Shown here: positions 1 through 8,453 of the stretch, piece after piece | Layout of the letters: each line of letters starts with the position of its first letter | Position numbering within the stretch: position 1 is the first letter of the stretch | Notes under the pieces: model-generated | The model's input: the letters and a program-made list of their open reading frames with translations, nothing else | Database searches by the model: none | What the model was told of the DNA's origin: nothing | Virus record (IMG/VR): IMGVR_UViG_3300020054_001201 | Source: an uncultured virus (IMG/VR IMGVR_UViG_3300020054_001201) | Taxonomy: Duplodnaviria > Heunggongvirae > Uroviricota > Caudoviricetes | Direction: 5' to 3' (one strand) | DNA: 20,000 nt | Program-made: the position numbers and the translations under genes

Positions 1-990
1 AACATTGACATTCTTCTCCGCGATGCGAACGCGACTTACATGAAAGGAGAGCCTCGCCACCCCAAGTGGGTGTTGTTGAGCAAAGAGAAAATGGTTGATG
101 TGGTCATCCTTTCGCGCGCTGGTAAAAACTACACCGTCGGTGTCGGTCCACTCATGCATCCCGAAAATTACGGGAAGCGCGCACAGGAACACGAAGGCGA
201 GCATTACATGATGGTCGGCAACGCGAAGGGTCCGCGGGGTTTGAATGTCGGAGACTTCGCCACAGTCCGTTGCACAGGCGTCAGCGCTTCAAAGGGTGAA
301 TATCCTGTCTACCGCATACGCTCTGCAAAAATCACGGACAACGAACCGCTCGCCGCTGATAGCGTTGAAACGCTCGCGATTCTTGCTGGTGAGCAACATG
401 TCGCCCAACGCGTGGGTATCAAGAAGGGGCAAATCGTCATCAACTTCCCCGCGTTTGATGATGATGTGATTTGTAAGACGCGCAAAGAAGAAGGTGTTTG
501 GTTTGTTGAACCTCAAACCACGACATGGGGCAATGAATACCTTGTGCGTTTAGCCGAAGACCAACAGGTGTATTGGGAGTATCAAGCGGCTTTGTTGTTG
601 AAGAAAGCAGAAGTGGAGGAACCCGAATACGATGAGGTCAAACCCGAACCACCAGCAGGGCATAGCAAGAAACCAAAGAAGGTGCTGGAAGAGGAAGAGG
701 AAGTTATCAAGCGCGGTCTTGAATTGGCGGAGCGCGGATTAGAACATCTCGCTAAAGAGAAGATTACCAGCACAGGTGTGCAGGGTTTGGGCATCGGATA
801 TGCAACCCCCGATGAACATCCGCGCGGACCTACTCAAAACATCAACGATGAAACGCTCCCCGATTTTGACCCCGCGGCGCGCAAAGACGATGAGTTAAAG
901 CCCGCGACTGAAAAGAAAACCAAGCGACTGCGAAGCACAGAAGGCGAAGAAGCGGTGTTAGAGGATGATGGTGTCGTCGCGCTTCAATGA
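1..990 (+). CDS. ATP-dependent DNA ligase-like protein, C-terminal part (5'-truncated by the window edge): end of nucleotidyltransferase domain, OB-fold and acidic tail
   Basis: The frame is open from base 1 (NIDILLRDANATYMKGEPRHPKWVLLSK), resembling ligase motifs IV-V (EGxxxKxxxSxYxxGxRxxxWxKxK). It is followed by an OB-like segment (VDVVIL...YTVGV...VGNAKG...FATVRC...VYRIRSAKI). The ORF-track start at 40 is internal. Confidence 0.7.
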   Translation, partial: NIDILLRDANATYMKGEPRHPKWVLLSKEKMVDVVILSRAGKNYTVGVGPLMHPENYGKRAQEHEGEHYMMVGNAKGPRGLNVGDFATVRCTGVSASKGEYPVYRIRSAKITDNEPLAADSVETLAILAGEQHVAQRVGIKKGQIVINFPAFDDDVICKTRKEEGVWFVEPQTTTWGNEYLVRLAEDQQVYWEYQAALLLKKAEVEEPEYDEVKPEPPAGHSKKPKKVLEEEEEVIKRGLELAERGLEHLAKEKITSTGVQGLGIGYATPDEHPRGPTQNINDETLPDFDPAARKDDELKPATEKKTKRLRSTEGEEAVLEDDGVVALQ

Positions 991-994
991 GGGT

Positions 995-1030
995 TTCATT
1001 GATATAGCATGAAGTAAAGTCGCGAAAGCA
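995..1030 (+). promoter_or_regulatory. Putative archaeal-type late promoter (TATA-like TTGATATA at 999-1006) for a leaderless transcript
   Basis: This 40-nt gap is the longest intergenic region in the window. The AT-rich box lies about 25 nt upstream of ATG 1031, and that gene has no Shine-Dalgarno (SD) sequence. Confidence 0.45.
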
Positions 1031-2440
1031 ATGGCGATTCTTGCGGCCCCCTCTTCTTCCTCGGACCCCATCATTTTGAAGGGGTTCGGCGATGATTTGG
1101 TTGTTGCTGGATACGCGTCAGTTGAGATGGTTGACAAGCAGGGCGACCTCATCACCCGCTCGGCACTCAAAGACGCTTTCAGCAAGTTCATGAAAGCCGA
1201 AGCATTTCGCAATGTGCAACTCGCACACTCTAACATTCAAGTTGGTAGCGTTATTGATTCTTACACCGACTCCAACGGTCGCCTGTGGAAGTCCGAAGTG
1301 GACGACACGGGCATGTTCGTCGTCATCAAGTTGCGCGGCGACATTGAGAAGGCACGCGAAGTGGCTTCCGAAATCCGCAAAGGGAACCTGCGCTCGTTCT
1401 CTATCGGCGGTCAAGCATTTGAGCGCGTCAACAAGAGCGACCAAACCCGCGGCGACTACCGCGAAATCCGTCGCATGGAACTCCATGAGGTTACGATTTG
1501 TGAGAAGGGTATCAACCCCGAAGCGCAGTTTCGCATCCTCAAGGAAGACACAGGTGATAATATGACCAACACAATGAGCGAACTGCAAAGCGTCCTTGAA
1601 CGCTTGTCAAAGAAACTTGACGAGAAAGAGGACAAAGACGAAGACAAAGAGAAAGGATTCATGCCCGACATCAACGACCTTGACGGCGACGGCGACAAAA
1701 AGGAGCGAATGCCCAAGAAGGAAAAGCCCCCAATGGACGACGACGAAGAAGACGACGAAGATGAGGACATGATGTATTCCGATGACGAAGACAAAAACGA
1801 CAAAGAGGATGAGAAAATGACGAAAGGAGACGACATGATTACGAGCGACTACCTATTGTGGCTTGAGCAAACTGCAAAGAGCGCAGGGTTTGACCCCAAT
1901 GCGGCTCGCGACCACTTCAACAAGGGCTACGGACCGGGCGAGTCGGGATACGACATGCGCGGACAGGGTTCCCTTGAAGGGGCTGGCGAAGACGATTCCG
2001 GCAAGCGCCCTCAACCAAACTTTGGTTCCGCACCAAGCGGTAACAAGAATGTCATCAAGAGCGAATACCTCAACGCTGGAAATGTTTCACGGGCTGAGAT
2101 TGAATCTGCTTACGAAGTGTTCAAGGCCGCGGCTACCGAGCAACAATTCAAGTCCGACTTGAACAACCACTTCACCGACCGCTTCCTCAAGGAGCAAAAG
2201 GCTGAGGCTGACGCAATCGCCAAGGCCAACTTTGACGCTCGCGAACCAATGGTTGAGTTGCAGAAGGCTGTTCTCGCGCTCAACGAACGCATTGACAATG
2301 TGTCTGCTGGCGGTTCAATGATTGCAAAGTCTGCGAACACCGCAACCGTTACCATTCCCGAAACTGCTGAACTTGCAAACATGTCGTGGGACGATGTTCA
2401 CCGACTTGCAGGCAAAGCACTCAAAGGAGGGGAATACTGA
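1031..2440 (+). CDS. Prohead (capsid maturation) serine protease fused to scaffold protein, 469 aa
   Basis: The N-terminal ~170 aa carry HK97/S78-XkdF-like motifs: VAGYASVEMVDKQGD, QLAH (His), RSFSIGG (Ser) and LHEVTICEKGINPEA. The C-terminal part is acidic and helical, scaffold-like. The gene is directly upstream of the MCP. Confidence 0.9.
   Translation: MAILAAPSSSSDPIILKGFGDDLVVAGYASVEMVDKQGDLITRSALKDAFSKFMKAEAFRNVQLAHSNIQVGSVIDSYTDSNGRLWKSEVDDTGMFVVIKLRGDIEKAREVASEIRKGNLRSFSIGGQAFERVNKSDQTRGDYREIRRMELHEVTICEKGINPEAQFRILKEDTGDNMTNTMSELQSVLERLSKKLDEKEDKDEDKEKGFMPDINDLDGDGDKKERMPKKEKPPMDDDEEDDEDEDMMYSDDEDKNDKEDEKMTKGDDMITSDYLLWLEQTAKSAGFDPNAARDHFNKGYGPGESGYDMRGQGSLEGAGEDDSGKRPQPNFGSAPSGNKNVIKSEYLNAGNVSRAEIESAYEVFKAAATEQQFKSDLNNHFTDRFLKEQKAEADAIAKANFDAREPMVELQKAVLALNERIDNVSAGGSMIAKSANTATVTIPETAELANMSWDDVHRLAGKALKGGEY
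1562..2440 (+). CDS. Putative nested in-frame scaffold protein (292 aa) from an internal start
   Basis: SD-like AGGTGA at 1552-1557 precedes an in-frame ATG at 1562 (MTNTMSELQ...), right after the protease domain ends. Confidence 0.55.
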   Translation: MTNTMSELQSVLERLSKKLDEKEDKDEDKEKGFMPDINDLDGDGDKKERMPKKEKPPMDDDEEDDEDEDMMYSDDEDKNDKEDEKMTKGDDMITSDYLLWLEQTAKSAGFDPNAARDHFNKGYGPGESGYDMRGQGSLEGAGEDDSGKRPQPNFGSAPSGNKNVIKSEYLNAGNVSRAEIESAYEVFKAAATEQQFKSDLNNHFTDRFLKEQKAEADAIAKANFDAREPMVELQKAVLALNERIDNVSAGGSMIAKSANTATVTIPETAELANMSWDDVHRLAGKALKGGEY

Positions 2441-3606
2441 TGGCACGAAATTATGTAAGAACAGTTCAAGACATGGAGCGTTACTATTACGGTGGCGCTT
2501 CTCAGACCGGATACTCCTACGGAGCAGGTGACATTTTGAAGGCTGACGCGCCTTTGTTGTCCACCACCGCGGGAACCTATCAAGCAATCTATGGCCGAAA
2601 GGTTTGGTCGCAACTCAACCAAGAGTTCAACGCCTTCTCTATTCTGCCCAAGAAGCCTTGGGAGCGAAGTGGATGGCGCATCCTCACGGAGCGCGCTTCG
2701 TTCACGAAGGGTGGCGGCATTGCCGAGAACGGCGTTCTTCCCGACACCTCCAAGCCGGAGTTCCTCCATGTGGCCGCAAAGCCCAAGACTGTCGCGCACA
2801 CTTTTGACTTGTCCGAAGTGAGCATGTTCCTTTCCGACAAGGACGACGGTATGGGCGATGTGCGCCAAGTGTTGAAGGAAGAGATGGGTAAGCACCACGC
2901 TGAACACATCAACCGAATGCTCTTGCAGGATGTCACCACCACCGCAGGCAACGACTTTGAATCGCTTGACCGAATCACCTCTGACCCTGCCGTGATGACC
3001 ACCACCCAAGCAGGTGTTGACGCTTTGACCGACCACGACATGTATTCCATCACTCGCGATGGTTCCGCCGCTTTCCACAGCGCGGAAGTGGATGTTGGTG
3101 GCGACGCTTCAACCGCCGCAACCAACCGCAACTTGTCCCTCAACCAAATGGACGGATTGTTCCAGCAACTTTGGACCCGTGGTGGTAACCCGAAGGTCAT
3201 GCTGACGGGCTACGACACTTTGATGCGCGTTCAGCAATTGCTCCAATCCCAACAACGCTTCATGGACTCCAAGCGCGTTACCCCTTCCTACAACGGCGTG
3301 AAGGGTGTGCCGGGTCTTGAGGCTGGATTCATTGTCGCGACCTACAACGGCGTGCCTATGATTCCAACGAAGGACATGCCCGATGACACGGCAACCGCCA
3401 GCGGTTCTCTGTCGCGCATCTACTACTTGGACACGGACTACCTGTGGTTCCAAACTGCAATCCCAACGCAATACTACGAAAGCGGTATTGAAACGGGCGA
3501 CCCATTCGCGATTAACCGTCTTGGACAAGAGGGGCTTTACCGAACGATGGGCGAACTTTGGTGTTCGTTCTTTGGCGCAAGCGGGAGCATTCGCAACCTA
3601 CAATGA
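2440..3606 (+). CDS. Major capsid protein, HK97 fold (388 aa)
   Basis: SD GGAGG plus a TGATG overlap sets the start at 2440. Size and position fit an MCP. The sequence (YGRKVWSQLNQEFNAFSILPKKPW..., GGGIAENG, FESLDRIT, YNGVPMIP, RIYYLDT, GELWC) resembles halovirus/magrovirus-type MCPs from recall. Confidence 0.92.
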   Translation: MARNYVRTVQDMERYYYGGASQTGYSYGAGDILKADAPLLSTTAGTYQAIYGRKVWSQLNQEFNAFSILPKKPWERSGWRILTERASFTKGGGIAENGVLPDTSKPEFLHVAAKPKTVAHTFDLSEVSMFLSDKDDGMGDVRQVLKEEMGKHHAEHINRMLLQDVTTTAGNDFESLDRITSDPAVMTTTQAGVDALTDHDMYSITRDGSAAFHSAEVDVGGDASTAATNRNLSLNQMDGLFQQLWTRGGNPKVMLTGYDTLMRVQQLLQSQQRFMDSKRVTPSYNGVKGVPGLEAGFIVATYNGVPMIPTKDMPDDTATASGSLSRIYYLDTDYLWFQTAIPTQYYESGIETGDPFAINRLGQEGLYRTMGELWCSFFGASGSIRNLQ

Positions 3607-3621
3607 AGGAGATGATGAAAA

Positions 3622-4083
3622 ATGGCAACAACGAAAGATAACCGAGGAATCCGATATGTGTGTAGCGGAACGGCTACGACTACCGTGAACTTTGACATTG
3701 AATTGCAAGCAGGTGCGAGCAACAACGACAGCACGACATGGCTGGCAGGTGGAGCCGGGACTTACCCCGGAACTCTTACGCCTTTTGAGCCACGACAGGC
3801 TGACGGCACGAACTCGTCTCAAAGCCCGCGATTGATTGGTCTTACGATGAGTTCTGCTCTTGCAGAAGGCGACACGCTAACGCTCTCCAACGACCCAACG
3901 CAAGACGCAGGTGGCGCAGGTATCACAACCATTCTTGGTGTTTACACATCGCAGGTTGACGCGACCGCTTCTCTTGGTGTGAGCAAGACCAACGCGCTTG
4001 AGTTGACCTTTGATATTGAACTGACCAGCGACGGCACAACCAACGATACGACGGGTGCTGAACTGCTTCTCATCGTGGTTTGA
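3622..4083 (+). CDS. Virion structural protein, possibly capsid decoration/cement (153 aa)
   Basis: SD GAAGGAG. It immediately follows the MCP and has a Thr/Gly/Ala/Ser-rich, beta-like composition. Function is inferred from position only. Confidence 0.6.
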   Translation: MATTKDNRGIRYVCSGTATTTVNFDIELQAGASNNDSTTWLAGGAGTYPGTLTPFEPRQADGTNSSQSPRLIGLTMSSALAEGDTLTLSNDPTQDAGGAGITTILGVYTSQVDATASLGVSKTNALELTFDIELTSDGTTNDTTGAELLLIVV

Positions 4084-4093
4084 GGTGTTCTTC

Positions 4094-4468
4094 TTGCCTA
4101 CGATTACCTACCGAGGACCACGACGCGCTGGCGCGAACATGGGTTCTTTGGGTTGGTGGAGTTGGGGACAAGCGCGTGAAGTTAGCGCGGAGTGGCTTGA
4201 GTCTTACAGGTCATCCTTTGAGAACAACAAAGAGTTTCTCATTGAAGGCTTCGCTTACGAAGCCGCGACCGTGGACACAGGCAACGACGGCATCCCCGAC
4301 ATGGGATGGACGAAAGGCGACATTCTCGCGTGGATGGAAGAAGAGGGGATTGAATCCTCTTCCCTGTCCACCAAAAAGAAGTTGCTCGCGGCAATTGACG
4401 CGCACCTTAACCCCACCGAAGACTCTATGAACGAGGCAGAAGAAGCAGAACCAACAGGAGATGAATGA
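4094..4468 (+). CDS. Protein with C-terminal HeH/LEM/SAP-like helical motif (124 aa, TTG start)
   Basis: SD GAGGTG at 4082-4087 precedes TTG 4094 (MPTITYRGPRR...). It carries the motif PDMGWTKGDILAWMEEEGIESSSLSTKKKLLAAID. Confidence 0.65.
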   Translation: MPTITYRGPRRAGANMGSLGWWSWGQAREVSAEWLESYRSSFENNKEFLIEGFAYEAATVDTGNDGIPDMGWTKGDILAWMEEEGIESSSLSTKKKLLAAIDAHLNPTEDSMNEAEEAEPTGDE

Positions 4469-4469
4469 T

Positions 4470-4727
4470 ATGGCATTTGTAAGCGATAACAGACCCCACA
4501 CTTTGGGCGACTTGATTGTGATTACCGGAACCGTCGCGAGCGGCGACACTTCCGTTGAATTGAGCGACTTCCTTTCCGAAGTCCTCATGGTCACGGCTGT
4601 GGCGAACACCGCGACTCCCGGCGGCTCACCTTTGACGGCTGGTATTGACACCACTTCCGCGACCCTTGTTCGCTTCGCGAACCCCGGTGCAAGCGGCGGT
4701 CGTTTGATGGTCTTCGGCAAGCGATGA
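4470..4727 (+). CDS. Small hypothetical virion protein (85 aa)
   Basis: SD GGAG upstream, ATG just after the previous stop (MAFVSDNRPHTLGDL...), and codon usage like the neighbouring genes. Confidence 0.7.
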   Translation: MAFVSDNRPHTLGDLIVITGTVASGDTSVELSDFLSEVLMVTAVANTATPGGSPLTAGIDTTSATLVRFANPGASGGRLMVFGKR

Positions 4728-4738
4728 GGTGATTCACC

Positions 4739-4912
4739 TTGTCCGACACAAAAGTGTTTGAGTTCACACCCAACGAAGGGTGCGAGACAGGCGCGAGTGT
4801 GGCCGGTGGCGTGCAGAAGGTCCTTGACGACTACACCAGCGGGAAGACGGTTGAGGGTATCACCTCTTACACCATGCAGGGCAACCTCTATGTCGTAGTC
4901 GTCACCTCGTGA
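4739..4912 (+). CDS. Small hypothetical protein (57 aa, TTG start), not in the ORF track
   Basis: SD GAGGTGA at 4726-4732. Translation is MSDTKVFEFTPNEGCETGASVAGGVQKVLDDYTSGKTVEGITSYTMQGNLYVVVVTS. It fills the gap between neighbours, and its stop overlaps the next SD. Confidence 0.75.
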   Translation: MSDTKVFEFTPNEGCETGASVAGGVQKVLDDYTSGKTVEGITSYTMQGNLYVVVVTS

Positions 4913-4922
4913 GGTGAGCGAC

Positions 4923-5189
4923 ATGGACTTGAGCGAACTGCAACGCCTTGAGAAACAAGGCTGGCGTAAGGCCGAAGAGTCAATGGTTAAGACCGATGAG
5001 CGCGACAAGTTGAAGGGTGTTGTCAAGCGTCAAAACATGAAGACGCGCAACATCCGAGACATCGTGAACATCGGTTCCGGCACGCGTTGCCGCTTCTGCG
5101 GCATGCTCCACTTTTGCTACCTTGAGCGATGCGGCGCGTGTAAGAAACCAATGCACTACAACCTTGCAAAAACCGAAGAGGTGATTTGA
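4923..5189 (+). CDS. Zinc-finger protein (88 aa)
   Basis: SD GAGGTGA before ATG 4923. It has a CxxC...CxxC pair (CRFCGMLHFCYLERCGAC). Confidence 0.75.
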   Translation: MDLSELQRLEKQGWRKAEESMVKTDERDKLKGVVKRQNMKTRNIRDIVNIGSGTRCRFCGMLHFCYLERCGACKKPMHYNLAKTEEVI

Positions 5190-6088
5190 TGGTGAGGTTG
5201 AGCGGTGATATTGATGGAGACGATAATGACGACACTCGTATCAAACCCATGACGGGAAGTAGACACGCTGATACAGCGCAAATTAAAATCATTGGAGACA
5301 AACGCGTTCCTGTTGCGTTAGCACGAGGAAAAGCAGGTTTAGCGGCGGAACCTCACACCTGCTCGGATTGCGGCGGAACCGTCGCGAGTGGAAATGGAAA
5401 AACAGCGTGCGTGAATTGTGGCCTTGAACACCATCCCGGTTCAGCGGCTTTTGATGAGGCTACCGAACATTACATGGGAGGCGAAAAGCAATACCTTCCC
5501 GAAATGCCGAACCAAGTTGATTTTCAAGCGGTAGGAGATGTAGGGAGTGGGGGAAGCATGAACATGACTGCAACAGGAGAAGGTCGTCGTTTCATGACTG
5601 ATGACGATTCCGCGACTCAAGCGACTGATTTTTCTTTTGAAGGAGCAACGGGTCGTAGAGGAACACCCACTTTCAAGAACATACCATTCAAGGGCATTTT
5701 TCAAAGAAGCGAAAATCCAATGGATATGGCTTGGCGTTTGCTCAAAATGACGCCCGAAGAAATGGAGGCTCAAGGTTTTCATGAAGCCGCCGCACAGATG
5801 CGTGCAATGCAAGCAGAAGAAGAGCGCGTCCGTCAACAGGCTCAAGCACAGGCTCCAAAAGAAACACCTCGCGTTCAACAATACGACCTCCAATTAGCGC
5901 GACGACGAGCGCAAGAAGAGTTTGAACAAAAACTCCGTCGCGCTCGCAAAGACTCACGCGGTGGTAGAGTTGACCACCTGTTCCCCGACATACACGCATT
6001 CCACCAAGAACACGGAAGACTACCTAAAATGCCGAAAAACTTGAAAAACAGGTTCCTTGAATATCGCGCGAGAATGGAGGATGAGTGA
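5189..6088 (+). CDS. Hypothetical protein (299 aa) with zinc ribbon and internal NPMDMAWRLLK motif
   Basis: SD GAGGTGA plus a TGATG overlap. It has a CSDC...CVNC ribbon and a Q/E/R-rich helical C-terminus. Confidence 0.75.
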   Translation: MVRLSGDIDGDDNDDTRIKPMTGSRHADTAQIKIIGDKRVPVALARGKAGLAAEPHTCSDCGGTVASGNGKTACVNCGLEHHPGSAAFDEATEHYMGGEKQYLPEMPNQVDFQAVGDVGSGGSMNMTATGEGRRFMTDDDSATQATDFSFEGATGRRGTPTFKNIPFKGIFQRSENPMDMAWRLLKMTPEEMEAQGFHEAAAQMRAMQAEEERVRQQAQAQAPKETPRVQQYDLQLARRRAQEEFEQKLRRARKDSRGGRVDHLFPDIHAFHQEHGRLPKMPKNLKNRFLEYRARMEDE

Positions 6089-7668
6089 TGCCGACCGTAT
6101 TCCAAACAGGTGAGCGCGAAGGTCGTCCTCTCTTCCCCGACAGGCTTTACTACACATCCGCACAAAAGGTTGCTGACATTCTTCAAATCCCATTCCCCGA
6201 CCCTGTTTACTTGGCCGCAGAAGACGGCTCTACCCATGTTGACATTTCCCCCGCAGACTACCGATTGGTTGGCTTTGAAGTAGGTGATACGATTGAAATT
6301 ACCAGCGATACCGAAATGGGTGAAGAGCGAACTATTACAAGCGTTGCTCGCGCTTCCGGCAATGTTCGTCTTTCGTTTGCTGATGCTTTAACAGGAGACT
6401 ACACGACGGCTGATAACGCGCAGGTCCAAAACCTTCAATCGTTCACGAACGGCAAACGCAAAGGGGTCACGAAAGCGCAGGTTGAAACACTCATCCTCCG
6501 CACCCAAGACAAAATTGACAACCTCACGAACAACGCATGGCGACCTATGTTGCAGACGGCTGAATACCTCAACTTTGACACCTACAAGCCCTACCGTCGT
6601 CGCTACTACACCGACTATGTGGGTTCTGTCCCACTCTACTTCCGCAATGTCCAGCAAGTGTTGCGACTTGAGATTTGGCAGGGTGCTGACTATCGCGAGA
6701 TTGCCGCGGCTGAAATCCGCCTCAAGGTGGATGACTTCACGCAACTGACGGCTGACACCGACAAAGTGTTTCTATGCCCCGGTGGTGGCGGCGTCGCGAC
6801 GCTTACGGTTGGGGATGGGACATCTAAGTTTCGCGCGCAGTTTGATAATGTCAGCACCGCTCAACAACTCGCTGACCTCATCAATAAGGATGCGCGCAAA
6901 GGTAAATCAGCCACGCTGTTTAGCCCGTCGTTTGAGTTTGAAGACATCACCGAGACTGACGGCGCAACCACCGCAAATGTGCATCACGAGTTCATGGCTT
7001 CTGCGAACGCTGACTACGGTGGCGGTCAACTCAAAATCACCTCTATGCGTCGTGGCGAGGCTGGCGAGAACGCCACCTATGCATGCACCTCCGACGGCAT
7101 CACCTTTACCGGCGCGACCAGCACCGATGTGAAAGTGGTGTCATCCACCGCAACCACCATCGTCGTCAATAGCGTGTCGGGATTGGCTCCCTACGGTATC
7201 ATCAACATAGGAAGCACTTACGGTTACTACACCAGCATCAGCGGCACAACGCTCAACGGCGTGACTGACCTCGTAGGCGACATCAGCGCGGCGGCAGTTG
7301 CCGATGCAACGCTGAACCAAAAGAAGTTCAAAATTGACTATGTAGGCACGACCACAGGCGACGAGGCTCGTCTTCGCGATTGGTGGGCTGACTACGACAT
7401 GGGTGTGATTTACTTCAACAACTCCTACCCTTACTTCTCATGGAACGCCGTCAAGGTGTCCTATGTCTACGGAGAGCGGTATGTGGAGAAAGCCATTGAG
7501 GACATCTGCACGAAGTTGGTCGCGATGGATTTGATTCTGTCCGATGACCGTAGCGTGTTGTTGCCCGAAGGAACGCAGAATGTAGACTTGGGGAGCAAGT
7601 ATCAATTGTTCAAAGCGCAGGTTGCAGAGACGCTACCGCGCTACACAGAAGTGATGACGGTGTTGTGA
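6088..7668 (+). CDS. Head-tail adaptor/connector (HK97 gp6/SPP1 gp15-like) with inserted domains (526 aa)
   Basis: Adaptor-like segments YYTSAQKVADIL, VTKAQVETLILRTQDKIDNLTNNAW and VKVSYVYG...IEDICTKLVAMDL are separated by beta-rich inserts. Start is a TGATG overlap, and the position fits. Confidence 0.75.
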   Translation: MPTVFQTGEREGRPLFPDRLYYTSAQKVADILQIPFPDPVYLAAEDGSTHVDISPADYRLVGFEVGDTIEITSDTEMGEERTITSVARASGNVRLSFADALTGDYTTADNAQVQNLQSFTNGKRKGVTKAQVETLILRTQDKIDNLTNNAWRPMLQTAEYLNFDTYKPYRRRYYTDYVGSVPLYFRNVQQVLRLEIWQGADYREIAAAEIRLKVDDFTQLTADTDKVFLCPGGGGVATLTVGDGTSKFRAQFDNVSTAQQLADLINKDARKGKSATLFSPSFEFEDITETDGATTANVHHEFMASANADYGGGQLKITSMRRGEAGENATYACTSDGITFTGATSTDVKVVSSTATTIVVNSVSGLAPYGIINIGSTYGYYTSISGTTLNGVTDLVGDISAAAVADATLNQKKFKIDYVGTTTGDEARLRDWWADYDMGVIYFNNSYPYFSWNAVKVSYVYGERYVEKAIEDICTKLVAMDLILSDDRSVLLPEGTQNVDLGSKYQLFKAQVAETLPRYTEVMTVL

Positions 7669-7672
7669 TAAT

Positions 7673-8176
7673 ATGAATCCGATGAATGAAGCGTGGGTTT
7701 TGCTCAAAGCGCGACAGTCGCAAAGGGTGTATGCCTACGACGATGATTGGCGCGCGCAGGGCGCAACATTACCCCCCGCGCTTTACAACGAGGGAAAAGA
7801 TAGGGCCTTTTATGAACGAACTAAGGATGATGGGTCACCTATTGAATGGATTCCCGTGACGAACAAAGAAGGGGATACGGAATTACAATACCTAACGGGA
7901 GATGATTTTGACGGCGATGGAAGCATTGAAGGCGGGTATGCCCCGTGGGGCGGGCGCGCAGGTGTAAGAACCGCCCGACCCGAATCCCGCGTTTCGCGTA
8001 GCAACGAGCCTGAGAGGATGTGGCGATGGGACGACTCCGCTGAACACGCGATGGGTTTTGAGCAAGGGTATAGCGCAAACCTCGGAAAAGTGCGCGGCGC
8101 AATCGCCAACCTGCAAAATAAACGCGCACTTAGGCAAAATGCAATTCCTCAACAAAGTGTATTCCAACCAAGGTGA
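7673..8176 (+). CDS. Hypothetical protein (167 aa) with N-terminal MNPMNEAWVLLK motif
   Basis: The ORF fills the gap between the adaptor and the next gene, and its N-terminal motif is shared with two other proteins in the window. Confidence 0.75.
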   Translation: MNPMNEAWVLLKARQSQRVYAYDDDWRAQGATLPPALYNEGKDRAFYERTKDDGSPIEWIPVTNKEGDTELQYLTGDDFDGDGSIEGGYAPWGGRAGVRTARPESRVSRSNEPERMWRWDDSAEHAMGFEQGYSANLGKVRGAIANLQNKRALRQNAIPQQSVFQPR

Positions 8177-8180
8177 TAGT

Positions 8181-8453
8181 ATGCAGAAAGCCATCAATAA
8201 GGCTCTCGCGGCGGCTCTTGCGGAGCCTATCAAGCAAGCGCGCGAGATGAGCATCTTCACCGATGAGGGGCGCATTTTCCTTGACGCGTGCGCTCTTCAA
8301 TACGACGCGGCAGTCAATGGTAAGGGGCAAATCATCAAGGAGAATGGCGAGGTCATGAGCGAAGACGACCCCGACTATCAAGCCATTGTTAGCAGAGCAA
8401 AAAAACAAGCAAGCGCTCAGTCGCGTATTGGAGGGTGGCTCAATGGCGCTTGA
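8181..8453 (+). CDS. Hypothetical neck-region protein (90 aa)
   Basis: SD AGGTGA before ATG 8181 (MQKAINKALAAALAE...). The track start at 8058 overlaps the previous gene. Confidence 0.7.
   Translation: MQKAINKALAAALAEPIKQAREMSIFTDEGRIFLDACALQYDAAVNGKGQIIKENGEVMSEDDPDYQAIVSRAKKQASAQSRIGGWLNGA

Noticed and set aside
1615..1815. GAC/GAA/AAA-rich quasi-repeats as a tandem repeat or CRISPR array
   Set aside because: This is low-complexity coding sequence for the Asp/Glu/Lys-rich scaffold linker, with no regular repeat-spacer structure.
2386..2439. Upstream extension of the MCP from 2386; likewise track starts 4055, 8058, 8386, 11067 and 11195
   Set aside because: They overlap the preceding genes, and the downstream starts have SD motifs or TGATG coupling.
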